A stretch of DNA of 49,272 nucleotides from Clostridioides phage phiCD508. The notes beneath the pieces were generated by a model that saw only the letters and a program-made list of their open reading frames with translations, had not been told where the DNA came from and ran no database searches. This document shows, piece after piece, positions 16,453 to 25,510 of the stretch (the first letter of the stretch is position 1; the number at the start of each line of letters is the position of its first letter). Position numbers and translations under genes: made by a program. The DNA lies in sequence record OR295560.1; one strand, 5' to 3'.

Positions 16453-17526
16453 TTGCTTACATTTTTAGATTTATTCGCAGGGATAGGTGGCTTTAGGCTA
16501 GGGATGGAAAAAGCAGGACATAAATGTTTGGGACATTGCGAATATGATAAATTCGCAAATTTAAGTTATAATGCCATGCACAAACCGAAGGAGGATGAAT
16601 GGTTTGAAAGAGATATTAGAGAAATTAGAACAGAAAATATCCCAAGAGCAGATGTCTGGTGTTTTGGATTCCCATGTCAAGACATTTCTGTTGCAGGGAA
16701 ACAATTTGGATTCAGAGGAGAACGTTCAAGTTTATTTTTTACAGTTACAAAACTTATTAGAGAACTCAAAGAAGAAGATAGACCCAAGTATTTACTTATT
16801 GAAAACGTTAAAAATCTACTTAGTGTTAATGGAGGATTTGATTTCCTCAAAGTTCTCGTTGAACTGGATGAAATCGGCTATGATGCAGAGTGGCAAGTTC
16901 TTAATTCTAAAAACTTCGGAGTACCCCAAAATAGAGAACGAATATTCATTGTTGGACATTTTAGAGGACGAAGTACACGAAAAGTATTTCCTATCGAAAG
17001 AAAAAGTGGAAAAAATCTTGAGCAACTAAATAATCCAACTCATAGTACAAATAGAATTTATGATGCAGTTGGAATTGCTAGATGTATTAGAAGTCAGGCA
17101 GGAGGTGGAGGTGCTAAAACAGGTCTATACTTTATAGACTTAAATAAAAACTCTAAAGTAACAATAAATGCTAGATGCCTTAAAGCAAAATATAATGCAG
17201 GTGTGACAAATAGAAATTGTGATAATAGTGGAGTTTTAGTTAATGCAGTTTTAACGCCCGATAGGGTAAATAAAAGACAAAATGGTCGTAGAATTAAAGA
17301 AAGCGGAGAAACAATGTTCACATTGACAGCTCAAGATAAACATGGAATTTTGAAAAATGGAGATATAAGAAGGTTAACACCAAAGGAATGCTTTAGGTTG
17401 CAAGGATTTCCGGATAAATATTACGAAAGAGCAGCAAGTGTATGCTCAGATAGTCAACTGTATAAGCAAGCAGGAAATGCTGTTACTGCAAATGTTGTAT
17501 ATGAAATAGCAAAAAGAATGGGCTAA
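16453..17526 (+). CDS. DNA (cytosine-5)-methyltransferase (TTG start)
   Basis: Motif I LDLFAGIGGFRLG, motif IV GFPCQDISVAGK, motif VI ENVKNL, and C-terminal QGFPDKY..QAGNAV. Confidence 0.9.
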   Translation: MLTFLDLFAGIGGFRLGMEKAGHKCLGHCEYDKFANLSYNAMHKPKEDEWFERDIREIRTENIPRADVWCFGFPCQDISVAGKQFGFRGERSSLFFTVTKLIRELKEEDRPKYLLIENVKNLLSVNGGFDFLKVLVELDEIGYDAEWQVLNSKNFGVPQNRERIFIVGHFRGRSTRKVFPIERKSGKNLEQLNNPTHSTNRIYDAVGIARCIRSQAGGGGAKTGLYFIDLNKNSKVTINARCLKAKYNAGVTNRNCDNSGVLVNAVLTPDRVNKRQNGRRIKESGETMFTLTAQDKHGILKNGDIRRLTPKECFRLQGFPDKYYERAASVCSDSQLYKQAGNAVTANVVYEIAKRMG

Positions 17527-17532
17527 AAGTTG

Positions 17533-17595
17533 CAAAATGTCTTTTAGTATGAATATTTTTGAAGTGTTTTGTAACTCTCAAAAATGAAAATAAGG
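17533..17595. repeat. About 64-bp direct repeat, copy 2 (downstream of the methyltransferase gene)
   Basis: caaaatgtcttttagtatgaatatttttgaagtgttttgtaactctcaaaaatgaaaataagg. Confidence 0.7.
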
Positions 17596-17605
17596 GGTGG
17601 GATAA

Positions 17606-17815
17606 ATGTATGAATATATATTAAGATGGCAAATAGGATTATCGTTAGAAAATAGAAAAATACATTATACATATGGAAGTAAAGAAGCTTTAAGAAAGAA
17701 AGCAAAGGCATTGGCTAAAGATGAAAATATAGTACTAATAACTATAGATAAGGTAGATGAAGTTATAAAAAATACTATAAGCGAGAAGATTATAGAACGT
17801 TTTGAAAATTTATAA
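17606..17815 (+). CDS. Hypothetical protein
   Basis: 69 aa; RBS aaggggtgggataaATG. Confidence 0.35.
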   Translation: MYEYILRWQIGLSLENRKIHYTYGSKEALRKKAKALAKDENIVLITIDKVDEVIKNTISEKIIERFENL

Positions 17816-17826
17816 GGGGTGGAATT

Positions 17827-18831
17827 ATGATAATACACAAATTTATAATACATGTTTTAGATAAGAATAGTGATACACCAATATTGAATGATTTTGAAGG
17901 TAGGGTTAATCAAGATATGGTCCTATTTTTTCAAAAGAAAATAAGCAAAGTATCAAGAGATAATGACATCAGAACAGCAGTATTTAATAACTATAGTAAC
18001 AATCTAATTAAGAAGTGTTGTGAACAAATTATTTATGATGAAAGTTCATTTTTAAATAACTCTAAAGAGATTGCAGCTTATTTATTTGATGTTATGAAAT
18101 TGAATGCTACATTAGAATCTTGCGACTTAGCAATTTGTTTATACTCTCAAAAAGATGAAAAGAAAGTTGCTATATTAAAGCTTGATTACAATAATTCGTA
18201 TACTCATTCAATTGAGTTTAAAGATGATAAATTTAATATACAGATGTCTAAAAATGAAATTAATATACAAGAGACTAAGACGGTTAAAATTGCTGCTTTG
18301 GTTGGATTGAGTGGAATGAATGACAAATATCATCTTAGGGTTTTAGACAAGGATGCAGAGAAGGAAGAAGCTAATTCTAAGTTTGTTACAGAGTTCTTAA
18401 ATGCCACTAAGATAAAAGATGATAAGTATAAGACTAAGAAGTTCAAAAATACAGCTGAGAATTGGATAACTAATGCTCTTAGTAATGATATAAAACAAGC
18501 AGAGGATGTAAGAAGTATATTAAATTATACTTTGAGAGAAAAGCATGAAATTGATATAAATGATTTTGTTGATAAAACAATTAAAGATGATAAGTTAAAA
18601 GATAGTTTTAAAGAACATATGGAAGAAAAAGGTCTTGTTGAAGGATTTAGTATAGATAAAAAATGGGTTGATAAAAAGCTTAAAAAGAGAAATATAAAAA
18701 CTGACAATGGCTTTGAAATAAAAGGTAACTTAACTGATTTTGAGGACCCAATGAAATATACAGTAAGACAAAATCAAAATGGGTCTATAGATATAGTTAT
18801 TAAGAATGTAACATTTTATGAGGAAAAGTAG
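17827..18831 (+). CDS. Possible nucleoid-associated protein (NA37/YejK-like)
   Basis: 334 aa. N-terminal MIIHKFIIHVLDKN resembles the NA37 family start; the size matches (about 335 aa). Confidence 0.35.
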   Translation: MIIHKFIIHVLDKNSDTPILNDFEGRVNQDMVLFFQKKISKVSRDNDIRTAVFNNYSNNLIKKCCEQIIYDESSFLNNSKEIAAYLFDVMKLNATLESCDLAICLYSQKDEKKVAILKLDYNNSYTHSIEFKDDKFNIQMSKNEINIQETKTVKIAALVGLSGMNDKYHLRVLDKDAEKEEANSKFVTEFLNATKIKDDKYKTKKFKNTAENWITNALSNDIKQAEDVRSILNYTLREKHEIDINDFVDKTIKDDKLKDSFKEHMEEKGLVEGFSIDKKWVDKKLKKRNIKTDNGFEIKGNLTDFEDPMKYTVRQNQNGSIDIVIKNVTFYEEK

Positions 18832-18912
18832 GTACTCATGTGACTATTGGCTAGAGAAGGAGAAGTAAATAATAAGAGGATGTAAATTTAAACTAGTTAG
18901 GAGGAATAACTT

Positions 18913-19242
18913 ATGAAGATTTTTTTATTGACTATACTGCTAATAATTATTTGTATATTAGCAAATTATGTGAAAAATCGCATATATAAAAAATCTATAA
19001 ATAATCTAAAATATAAATATTCTGTAGGGGAAAAGATTATATATCATCAAATAAACTGTTACTATAACAGAATGGTTGGTTGTGAAATTTTAGAAAAATG
19101 TTATAGTACGAAATTTAGAAAAAGAAATACCCCGCTTTATAAAGTAAAAGCATATGTAGGTGATAACGATACAACATGGGTTATACCAGAGTGGAGAATT
19201 GAATGTCTTGCTACGACTTATGGAGAATTTCCTAAATATTAA
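18913..19242 (+). CDS. Small membrane-anchored protein
   Basis: 109 aa with N-terminal TM/signal segment IFLLTILLIIICILA. Confidence 0.35.
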   Translation: MKIFLLTILLIIICILANYVKNRIYKKSINNLKYKYSVGEKIIYHQINCYYNRMVGCEILEKCYSTKFRKRNTPLYKVKAYVGDNDTTWVIPEWRIECLATTYGEFPKY

Positions 19243-19278
19243 ATAATAAAAATTGGCTGGAGAAGGAGATTGTAAATT

Positions 19279-19650
19279 ATGTTTAACATCTATAAAGTGA
19301 AAATAAAGACTAAAAGAACATTGGAGCAGGTAAGAAATCAAAGCGTAGACTTTGAGTATTCAGAAAAAGGATTAAAAAATACTCTGAAATACTATAACTT
19401 GATTGATGATTTAAAAGTAATAGTAGTTAAATTTGGAGATGAATATTGTCTAGCTAATTACAATGAAGAAGATAGAAAAATAATAATGGAAGCACATTAT
19501 CTTTTAGAGCAGGATGAATATACTGGATGTTATATAAATGAATATGAACGATTTAAAAAAGATTGGGAAAATGGTAATTGTGATGGGGAAGCCTGTATGG
19601 TATTTTCAGATGATGAAATTGAGATAATTGAGAAGCTAAGGGAGGGTTAA
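19279..19650 (+). CDS. Hypothetical protein
   Basis: 123 aa. Confidence 0.35.
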   Translation: MFNIYKVKIKTKRTLEQVRNQSVDFEYSEKGLKNTLKYYNLIDDLKVIVVKFGDEYCLANYNEEDRKIIMEAHYLLEQDEYTGCYINEYERFKKDWENGNCDGEACMVFSDDEIEIIEKLREG

Positions 19651-19652
19651 AT

Positions 19653-19835
19653 ATGAATAAAAGAATTAAAATGAAAAAAAGATTAATTCATAAAAAGTGT
19701 GATGAAAGATGTGTCAACTATGACTTTGTAATTAGCAATAACCTTATAACTTGTAATGTGTGTATAGGATGCAAATACAAAGAAAATATGGATAAAGTAT
19801 GTGAAGAGAACTATAAGAAATTAAGAAGTAAATAG
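19653..19835 (+). CDS. Small Cys-rich hypothetical protein
   Basis: 60 aa, CDERC..CNVCIGC. Confidence 0.3.
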   Translation: MNKRIKMKKRLIHKKCDERCVNYDFVISNNLITCNVCIGCKYKENMDKVCEENYKKLRSK

Positions 19836-19909
19836 AATAAAATAGTCAAGGTAAGTTTGTGAATGAAACTAGAATGTTATAGGCTTGACTTATAAAAGGA
19901 GTGCGTTAA

Positions 19910-20251
19910 ATGGCTAATATATATTGTGAAAATTATAATTGTAAAAACTACTTTGAAGATATGTGTATGCTTGAAAGAATTGAAATTAATAACTTCAAAG
20001 AATGCGAAAGCTATCTTGAAGGTAAAAATGAGCTATATGAATTAGAAAACGGATATACTATACATCCTAAAGATTTGAAAATGGTGAAAAGTAAAGATTA
20101 TTCTGTTGAAGTTACTCATATTCCAACTGGTATTACAGTAAAATGCCGTTCTACAAATAGTATTTTAAAAAATAAAAATAAGTGTTTGGAAGTTCTAGAA
20201 GAAGAACTAACAAAAATAAACTCTCACTTAGAGCTAGAAGATTTACGCTAA
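19910..20251 (+). CDS. Hypothetical protein with an N-terminal Cys cluster
   Basis: 113 aa. Confidence 0.35.
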   Translation: MANIYCENYNCKNYFEDMCMLERIEINNFKECESYLEGKNELYELENGYTIHPKDLKMVKSKDYSVEVTHIPTGITVKCRSTNSILKNKNKCLEVLEEELTKINSHLELEDLR

Positions 20252-20266
20252 ATAGGAAGTGAGCTT

Positions 20267-20380
20267 ATGAAACGAAGAAGATGCAGTTGGTGTGGTAAGT
20301 TATTTTATCTTGAAGAAAAATCTAAGGATGTTTATTGTTGTAAAGAATGTAGGAAGAAGGCTAAGAAGGTGAAAAAATGA
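20267..20380 (+). CDS. Small zinc-ribbon protein (37 aa)
   Basis: MKRRRCSWCGKLFYLEEKSKDVYCCKECRKKAKKVKK; its stop overlaps the rusA start (ATGA). Confidence 0.3.
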   Translation: MKRRRCSWCGKLFYLEEKSKDVYCCKECRKKAKKVKK

Positions 20381-20784
20381 AAGTTTTTCTTGTAATAGAT
20401 GGAGAACCAGTTGGCAAAGAAAGACCTAGAATGAACTCTATAACTAAAAGGATCTATACACCTAATAAAACTAGAGATTATGAGGAGTTAATAAAATGGC
20501 TGTATCAATCTAAAGTGAAGTATCGTTTTACTGGTTATATAAAAATGACTTTAAGATGTTATTACTCTATAGCTAAAAGTAACAGTAAAAAGGTTAAGGA
20601 GCAGAAAAGAAATAATGTGTTAAGACCTAGTAAAAAACCCGATATTGACAATGTTGTTAAGATTATAGCTGATTCACTCAATGAGATAGCTTATAAAGAT
20701 GATACACAGATTGTTGAGGTTGTAGCTAGTAAATACTATAGTGATAAGCCAAGGGTTGAGGTTATATTAGAAGATATTATTTAA
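20377..20784 (+). CDS. rusA: RusA-family Holliday junction resolvase
   Basis: GKERPRMNSITKRIYTPNKTRDYEE...KKPDIDNVVKIIADSLNEIAYKDDTQIVEV. Confidence 0.75.
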   Translation: MKVFLVIDGEPVGKERPRMNSITKRIYTPNKTRDYEELIKWLYQSKVKYRFTGYIKMTLRCYYSIAKSNSKKVKEQKRNNVLRPSKKPDIDNVVKIIADSLNEIAYKDDTQIVEVVASKYYSDKPRVEVILEDII

Positions 20785-20798
20785 GGAGGACTATAAAT

Positions 20799-21524
20799 AT
20801 GAATGAGATTATGACAAATGAAAATTTAAGAGTTGTAGCAGATGATTTAGTTACAGTTTATGAAACTGATACAGGAGAGAAAATAGTTTTTGCAAGAGAA
20901 CTACATAATAATTTAGAAGTTAAGAGACAGTTTATAGACTGGATTGAAGATAGAATTAAACAATATGGGTTTAAGGAAAATGAGGATTATTCAGTTTTTC
21001 ACAAAAATATGAAAAACTCAACTGGTGGGAGACCTTCAAAAGAATATGTATTGAAGCTTGATGTAGCAAAAGAACTTGCTATGGTACAAAACAATAATAA
21101 AGGAAGAGAAATAAGAAGATATTTTATAAGATTAGAAAAGTTACTAAATAGAACCTTATCAAATTCACAGCTTAGTCAAATTAATACTATTGTGAATGAA
21201 TCATTACTTAAGATGGAAGTTAAACATAATATCCAAATAGAGCAACTTAAAAAAGAGTGTTCAGAATATTATAGACCAACCTCTAAAACTAAATATGATA
21301 TATCTTCTTATATAAAAGAAAGACTAGGTATATCAAAAGTTAATGAAGAATTTGAATTAGTTAAGAAAAGAACTCTATTGGTATTAGGTGCTGACAAATG
21401 GGAGGATATCCCGAAAGATGTATTACTTAATTCATTAAACTTAATAGATGAATCAATCAGAATTATAAAATCTGAGAGAAAAACAAATCAAATTAGTTTC
21501 TTTGAAAAAGATAATTTCTGTTAA
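20799..21524 (+). CDS. AntA-domain phage antirepressor/regulatory protein
   Basis: VFARELHNNLEVKRQFIDWIEDRIKQYGFKENEDYSVF matches the AntA N-terminal domain. Confidence 0.55.
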   Translation: MNEIMTNENLRVVADDLVTVYETDTGEKIVFARELHNNLEVKRQFIDWIEDRIKQYGFKENEDYSVFHKNMKNSTGGRPSKEYVLKLDVAKELAMVQNNNKGREIRRYFIRLEKLLNRTLSNSQLSQINTIVNESLLKMEVKHNIQIEQLKKECSEYYRPTSKTKYDISSYIKERLGISKVNEEFELVKKRTLLVLGADKWEDIPKDVLLNSLNLIDESIRIIKSERKTNQISFFEKDNFC

Positions 21525-21617
21525 TAAAAAGAAAAAAGGAGTGCTTTCACACTCCACTTGTCAAAAATATAAAGCTTTTATCCAAGATTATTATAACATA
21601 AACAGGAGTGTGGAAGT

Positions 21618-22106
21618 ATGGATAATAATATCAATAAAAAAGAACTATTTAAAAAAGTAGAAGGTAGACTACATCATTATAAATTTTTAAGTGCAGAAAT
21701 TAAAAATCTTGAATTAGATATAGAAAGTAGAGAAAATGAGATATTTGGGTGTAAGGCTGTTGGATATGATGAAAAAGTAAGTCCAACATATGCTTTTAAT
21801 TCAAGTGTGGAGAATGAGATTATAAAAAAAGAAAGAGATATTACTAGATTGAAAAAACTGAAAAAAGATAAGGAAATTGAAAAGAAGAAAATAGAAAATG
21901 CACTTACATGCTTAGATATAAGAGAAGAACATTTTTTTAAACTGTTTTACAATAGCAGAATGAAAAATAGTATGGTTTATATATCCTTAGAGATGAACTC
22001 AGATAGAAAAACATGTAGATGTGTGAGGGAAAGATTAGTGTATAAAATTATGGATATGCTTTATCCAAGAATTAAGGAAAATGAACTACCATTATTTAAA
22101 AATTAG
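21618..22106 (+). CDS. Putative late-gene transcriptional activator (ArpU/RinA-like)
   Basis: 162 aa. It is the last early-region gene before the packaging module, the usual position for this family; it has a charged central region. Confidence 0.4.
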   Translation: MDNNINKKELFKKVEGRLHHYKFLSAEIKNLELDIESRENEIFGCKAVGYDEKVSPTYAFNSSVENEIIKKERDITRLKKLKKDKEIEKKKIENALTCLDIREEHFFKLFYNSRMKNSMVYISLEMNSDRKTCRCVRERLVYKIMDMLYPRIKENELPLFKN

Positions 22107-22111
22107 AAAAT

Positions 22112-22160
22112 TCCCCAGTTTTTCCCCAGAAATTCCCACTTTATTCCCTACTTTCTCCCC
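22112..22160. promoter_or_regulatory. C-rich repeat tract (TTCCCCA x2, TTCCCA, TTCCCT, TCTCCCC); G-runs on the minus strand
   Basis: ttccccagtttttccccagaaattcccactttattccctactttctcccc, in a 28% GC genome. Confidence 0.4.
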
Positions 22161-22433
22161 TTTTTGATTAAAAAAGCATGAGATAATAATATCGTGGAAA
22201 TAAAGATTTCCCTCTCAAAACTAAATAATTGCTAGGTTAGTTTAAAGGGCTAATCTAGCAATATGAACAGACTAGGCAGGGCGTGAGGACGCTGTAAGTT
22301 CAATTCTAACTATGTTCAAAACCTATTAATACACTATATGTAGTAGTTGAATTAAGATTAAAATCTCATACAATTTTGTATCTTAATTCAGAAGTCTAAA
22401 AACCGAGTGGGGCTTGGTAACCTCACTCACCAT

Positions 22434-22474
22434 GCAAGTACTGGTTTAATCTAGGTTCGATTCCTGGAACTTGC
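22434..22474 (+). other. tRNA-like minihelix: acceptor-like stem GCAAGT/ACTTGC enclosing a canonical T-arm (CTAGG-TTCGATT-CCTGG)
   Basis: The GGTTCGATTCC T-loop signature; there is no D or anticodon arm, so this is not a complete tRNA. Confidence 0.35.
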
Positions 22475-22505
22475 TCCCTTTAATAATATGTATCCCCCAT
22501 TAAAA

Positions 22506-22535
22506 AGGCTTAGATTAACTTCTAGGTCTTTTTTA
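22506..22535 (+). terminator. Rho-independent terminator separating the early and late regions
   Basis: aggcttag-attaactt-ctaggtct followed by tttttt; near-identical to 47490-47516. Confidence 0.6.
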
Positions 22536-22561
22536 ATACAAAAATTTATTAAAAATGCACG

Positions 22562-22622
22562 GCATGCACTATTCAGATATGCATGTCATGCATGTCTAAA
22601 GTCGAATATTTAATATTTTCGA
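22562..22622 (+). promoter_or_regulatory. Palindrome cluster (GCATGC, ATGCATGTCATGCATG, TCGAATATTTAATATTTTCGA) upstream of the packaging operon; candidate late promoter/activator site
   Basis: Overlapping CATG palindromes in an otherwise AT-rich context. Confidence 0.4.
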
Positions 22623-22666
22623 TGGCTCAAATTGAGGGGTCGAAAATAAAAACAGGAGGTAGTAGT

Positions 22667-23344
22667 ATGTTGAAAATTTTACAAGAGAAAAATGTAAAAG
22701 TAATGTGGTCCAAAAATGGAGAAGAAGTTTGGTTTAATGCAAATGACGTAGGAGAGGAACTAGGCATAGTAAATATTCGTGATACATTAAGAAATATAGA
22801 TAGAGAATATAAAAAGAAATTTAATGAGTCTACTGTCGGAGATTCCTACACTAGAAACTTTAAAGATAAATTGCCTAACTTCGGTACTACTTTTGTTACA
22901 GAAGAAGCTGTGTACAATATGTCATTTAGAAGTAATAAACCAGAAGCAAAGTTATTTACAAAATGGGTTACAAAAACACTTAAACAAATTAGAATACATG
23001 GTTATTATATTGCTACAGAAAAAGACCAGGAATGGCTGGATATAAGGACAGAAGGCAAAAAAGTAAGAAAAGATTTTACAGATGAAATACAAGAGTTTGT
23101 ATATTATGCTACTAGTCAAGGTAGCAATAAACCTCAGATGTATTATAAACATTTTACTGAACTTGTAAGAAAAAAATTAGGTATTCCAAAAGGTGTGAAA
23201 AGAGATGAGTTAAATCAAAGCGAACTATTTGATATACAAGCACTTGAAAGAATTATATCTATGAAATTACCTAAGTTAATAGATAAAGATATGAATTATA
23301 AAGAGGTATATAAAAAGATTAAGGAATTAATAGAAATGATTTAA
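22667..23344 (+). CDS. Bro-N domain protein (start ATG 22667 after RBS aacaggaggt; ORF track begins at 22583)
   Basis: [28 protein letters not shown]...[39 protein letters not shown] matches the BRO N-terminal domain. Confidence 0.6.
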   Translation: MLKILQEKNVKVMWSKNGEEVWFNANDVGEELGIVNIRDTLRNIDREYKKKFNESTVGDSYTRNFKDKLPNFGTTFVTEEAVYNMSFRSNKPEAKLFTKWVTKTLKQIRIHGYYIATEKDQEWLDIRTEGKKVRKDFTDEIQEFVYYATSQGSNKPQMYYKHFTELVRKKLGIPKGVKRDELNQSELFDIQALERIISMKLPKLIDKDMNYKEVYKKIKELIEMI

Positions 23345-23406
23345 GGGACTGTCTTGATGGAGGGTCTTTTTTAATTCCCAAAACGACAAACAAACGAGGT
23401 GGTGAT

Positions 23407-24108
23407 GTGCAAGATGTCAAAGAAAAGGTAAAACAAGATTACATAAAAGGTATGAAACAAAAGGAAATATCAGCAAAGTATGACATTAGTTTAAACACTT
23501 TAAAGTCATGGATAAAAAGATACAATTGGGCTAGTGAGAAAAAGAAGGGTGCACCTAAAAATAAAAGAGGTGCACCCATAGGTAATAAAAATGCCACTGG
23601 TCCTCCTGGAAATAAAAATGCTGAAAAGTTTGGTTTCTTCTCAAAATATCTACCTGAAGAAACTAGGGAATTAATACAAGAAATATCTATAAAAGATAAA
23701 TTTGATATTCTTTGGGAACAGATAACAATTCAATATGCAGCAATAATAAGAGCACAAAAGATAATGTATGTTAAAGACAAGGAAGAAATGATTAAGGAGT
23801 TAAAGAAACATGAAAGCACAGAAAATGGTGAGAAGATAGAGTATGAATTTCAATTTGCATGGGATAGGCAAGCATCTTTTCTTAATGCACAGAGTAGGGC
23901 TATGAGTGAGTTAAGGAGTTTAATTAAACAGTATGATGAAATGATTCATAAGGATTGGAATTTAGCTACAGAGGAGCAGAAAAATAGAGTTGAAAAGTTA
24001 AAATGTGAAGTTGATAACCTAAAGAAAAGTGATACTGGAGATGATTCAAAAATTTGGGTTGAAGCTATACAAAATATTGCAATGAAACGTGGTGTTAACA
24101 ATGGATAA
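23407..24108 (+). CDS. terS: Terminase small subunit
   Basis: [47 protein letters not shown], the GNKNA-repeat TerS signature of Firmicute phages. Confidence 0.75.
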   Translation: MQDVKEKVKQDYIKGMKQKEISAKYDISLNTLKSWIKRYNWASEKKKGAPKNKRGAPIGNKNATGPPGNKNAEKFGFFSKYLPEETRELIQEISIKDKFDILWEQITIQYAAIIRAQKIMYVKDKEEMIKELKKHESTENGEKIEYEFQFAWDRQASFLNAQSRAMSELRSLIKQYDEMIHKDWNLATEEQKNRVEKLKCEVDNLKKSDTGDDSKIWVEAIQNIAMKRGVNNG

Positions 24109-25510
24109 AGCTTTATTGACACTATTAGATTGTTATTGGGATAATCCTGTTTGGTTTGCAGAGGATATGTTAAATTTTAAAGCTGACAAGTGGCAATCTG
24201 ATGTTCTGATGGCTTTAGCTCAAACCCCAAAAGTATCTATTAGAAGTGGTCAAGGAGTAGGTAAAACTGGATTAGAAAGCATTGCAACTGTATGGTATTT
24301 AAGCACTAGACCTTTTCCGAAAGTAGTTGCTACAGCTCCAACACGACAACAATTATATGACGTACTATGGGCTGAAATAGCTAAATGGCTAAGTAATAGC
24401 AAGGTTGAGAAGCTACTTGAGTGGACTAAAACAAAAGTGTATATGAAAGGCTTTGAAGAAAGATGGTGGGCTACAGCTAGAACAGCAGTAAAGCCCGAGA
24501 ATATGCAAGGTTTTCATGAAGATTATATGTTATTTGTTGTTGATGAAGCTTCGGGAGTTGCTGACCCCATTATGGAAGCTATATTGGGAACATTATCAGG
24601 TGCAGAAAATAAGCTTCTTTTATGCGGAAACCCAACTAGAACGAGTGGAACGTTTTACGATAGCCATAATAGAGACAGAGATTTATATAAAACATTTAAA
24701 GTATCTTCTTTAGACAGCCCTAGAACATCAAAAGATAATATTGAAATGCTAAAAAGAAAGTACCATGAAGGTTCTGACCCTTGGCGTGTCAGAGTACTTG
24801 GAGAGTTTCCAAAAGGTGAAAGTGATTCTTTAATATCTTTAGAAGCTGTTGAAACAAGCACAATAAGAGAAGTGAATATATCTAATGACTATATATTAAA
24901 TATAGGGGCGGATATAGCAAGATATGGTGATGATGAAACCATAATAGCTCCAAGAATAGGTGGGAAAGTATTTGATTTATTAACTTATTCAAAAAAAGAT
25001 ACAATGGAAACAGTAGGAAATATATTAAGAGCAGTTGATAAATTTAAAAATATGTATCATCAAATTAACAGAGTAAAAATAAAAACGGATGATGATGGCT
25101 TAGGTGCAGGTGTAACAGATAGATTAAAAGAAGTTATAAGACATGAAAGACTTAAATATGAAGTTATACCTATTCAAAATGGTTCTAGTGCTATAGAAAA
25201 AGATAAGTACTATAATAAAGCTTCTGAAATGTGGGATAACATGAGGGAGGAATTAGATGCAAATTTAAGTAGTTTTATACAAAATAAAGAAGCTATAATA
25301 CAGCTTCCTAATGATGATAAACTTATTAAACAACTATCAAATAGAAAATATACAGTAGATTCAAAAGGGAAAATACAAATAGAAAGTAAAAAGGAAATGA
25401 AAAAAAGAATTGGAGAATCACCCGATAGAGCTGATGCAGTAATATATTCGTTTGCAGAAAATAACAATACTGATTTATCTTTACTGAAAGGGGGTAGTGT
25501 ATGGGGATAA
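24089..25510 (+). CDS. terL: Terminase large subunit (probable start ATG 24101)
   Basis: Walker [10 protein letters not shown], Walker [11 protein letters not shown], and a C-terminal nuclease domain. Confidence 0.9.
   Translation: MVLTMDKALLTLLDCYWDNPVWFAEDMLNFKADKWQSDVLMALAQTPKVSIRSGQGVGKTGLESIATVWYLSTRPFPKVVATAPTRQQLYDVLWAEIAKWLSNSKVEKLLEWTKTKVYMKGFEERWWATARTAVKPENMQGFHEDYMLFVVDEASGVADPIMEAILGTLSGAENKLLLCGNPTRTSGTFYDSHNRDRDLYKTFKVSSLDSPRTSKDNIEMLKRKYHEGSDPWRVRVLGEFPKGESDSLISLEAVETSTIREVNISNDYILNIGADIARYGDDETIIAPRIGGKVFDLLTYSKKDTMETVGNILRAVDKFKNMYHQINRVKIKTDDDGLGAGVTDRLKEVIRHERLKYEVIPIQNGSSAIEKDKYYNKASEMWDNMREELDANLSSFIQNKEAIIQLPNDDKLIKQLSNRKYTVDSKGKIQIESKKEMKKRIGESPDRADAVIYSFAENNNTDLSLLKGGSVWG

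Noticed and set aside
16571-17321. Alternate-frame and antisense ORFs inside the cytosine methyltransferase gene (16571..17029 plus, 16816..17025 minus, 17094..17321 minus)
   Set aside because: The methyltransferase frame carries all canonical C5 methyltransferase motifs, so the overlapping frames are chance ORFs.
22434-22474. Calling a bona fide tRNA gene at the GGTTCGATTCC element
   Set aside because: Only the T-arm and a 6-bp acceptor-like stem are present. I could fold no D-arm or anticodon arm, the 3' end is CCC rather than CCA, and the spacing is too short for a 70-90-nt tRNA. It is reported only as a tRNA-like minihelix.
24516-25467. Short ORFs in alternate frames inside terL (24516..24713 plus, 24655..24861 minus, 25210..25467 minus)
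   Set aside because: The terL frame has Walker A and B motifs throughout. The overlapping frames are chance ORFs.
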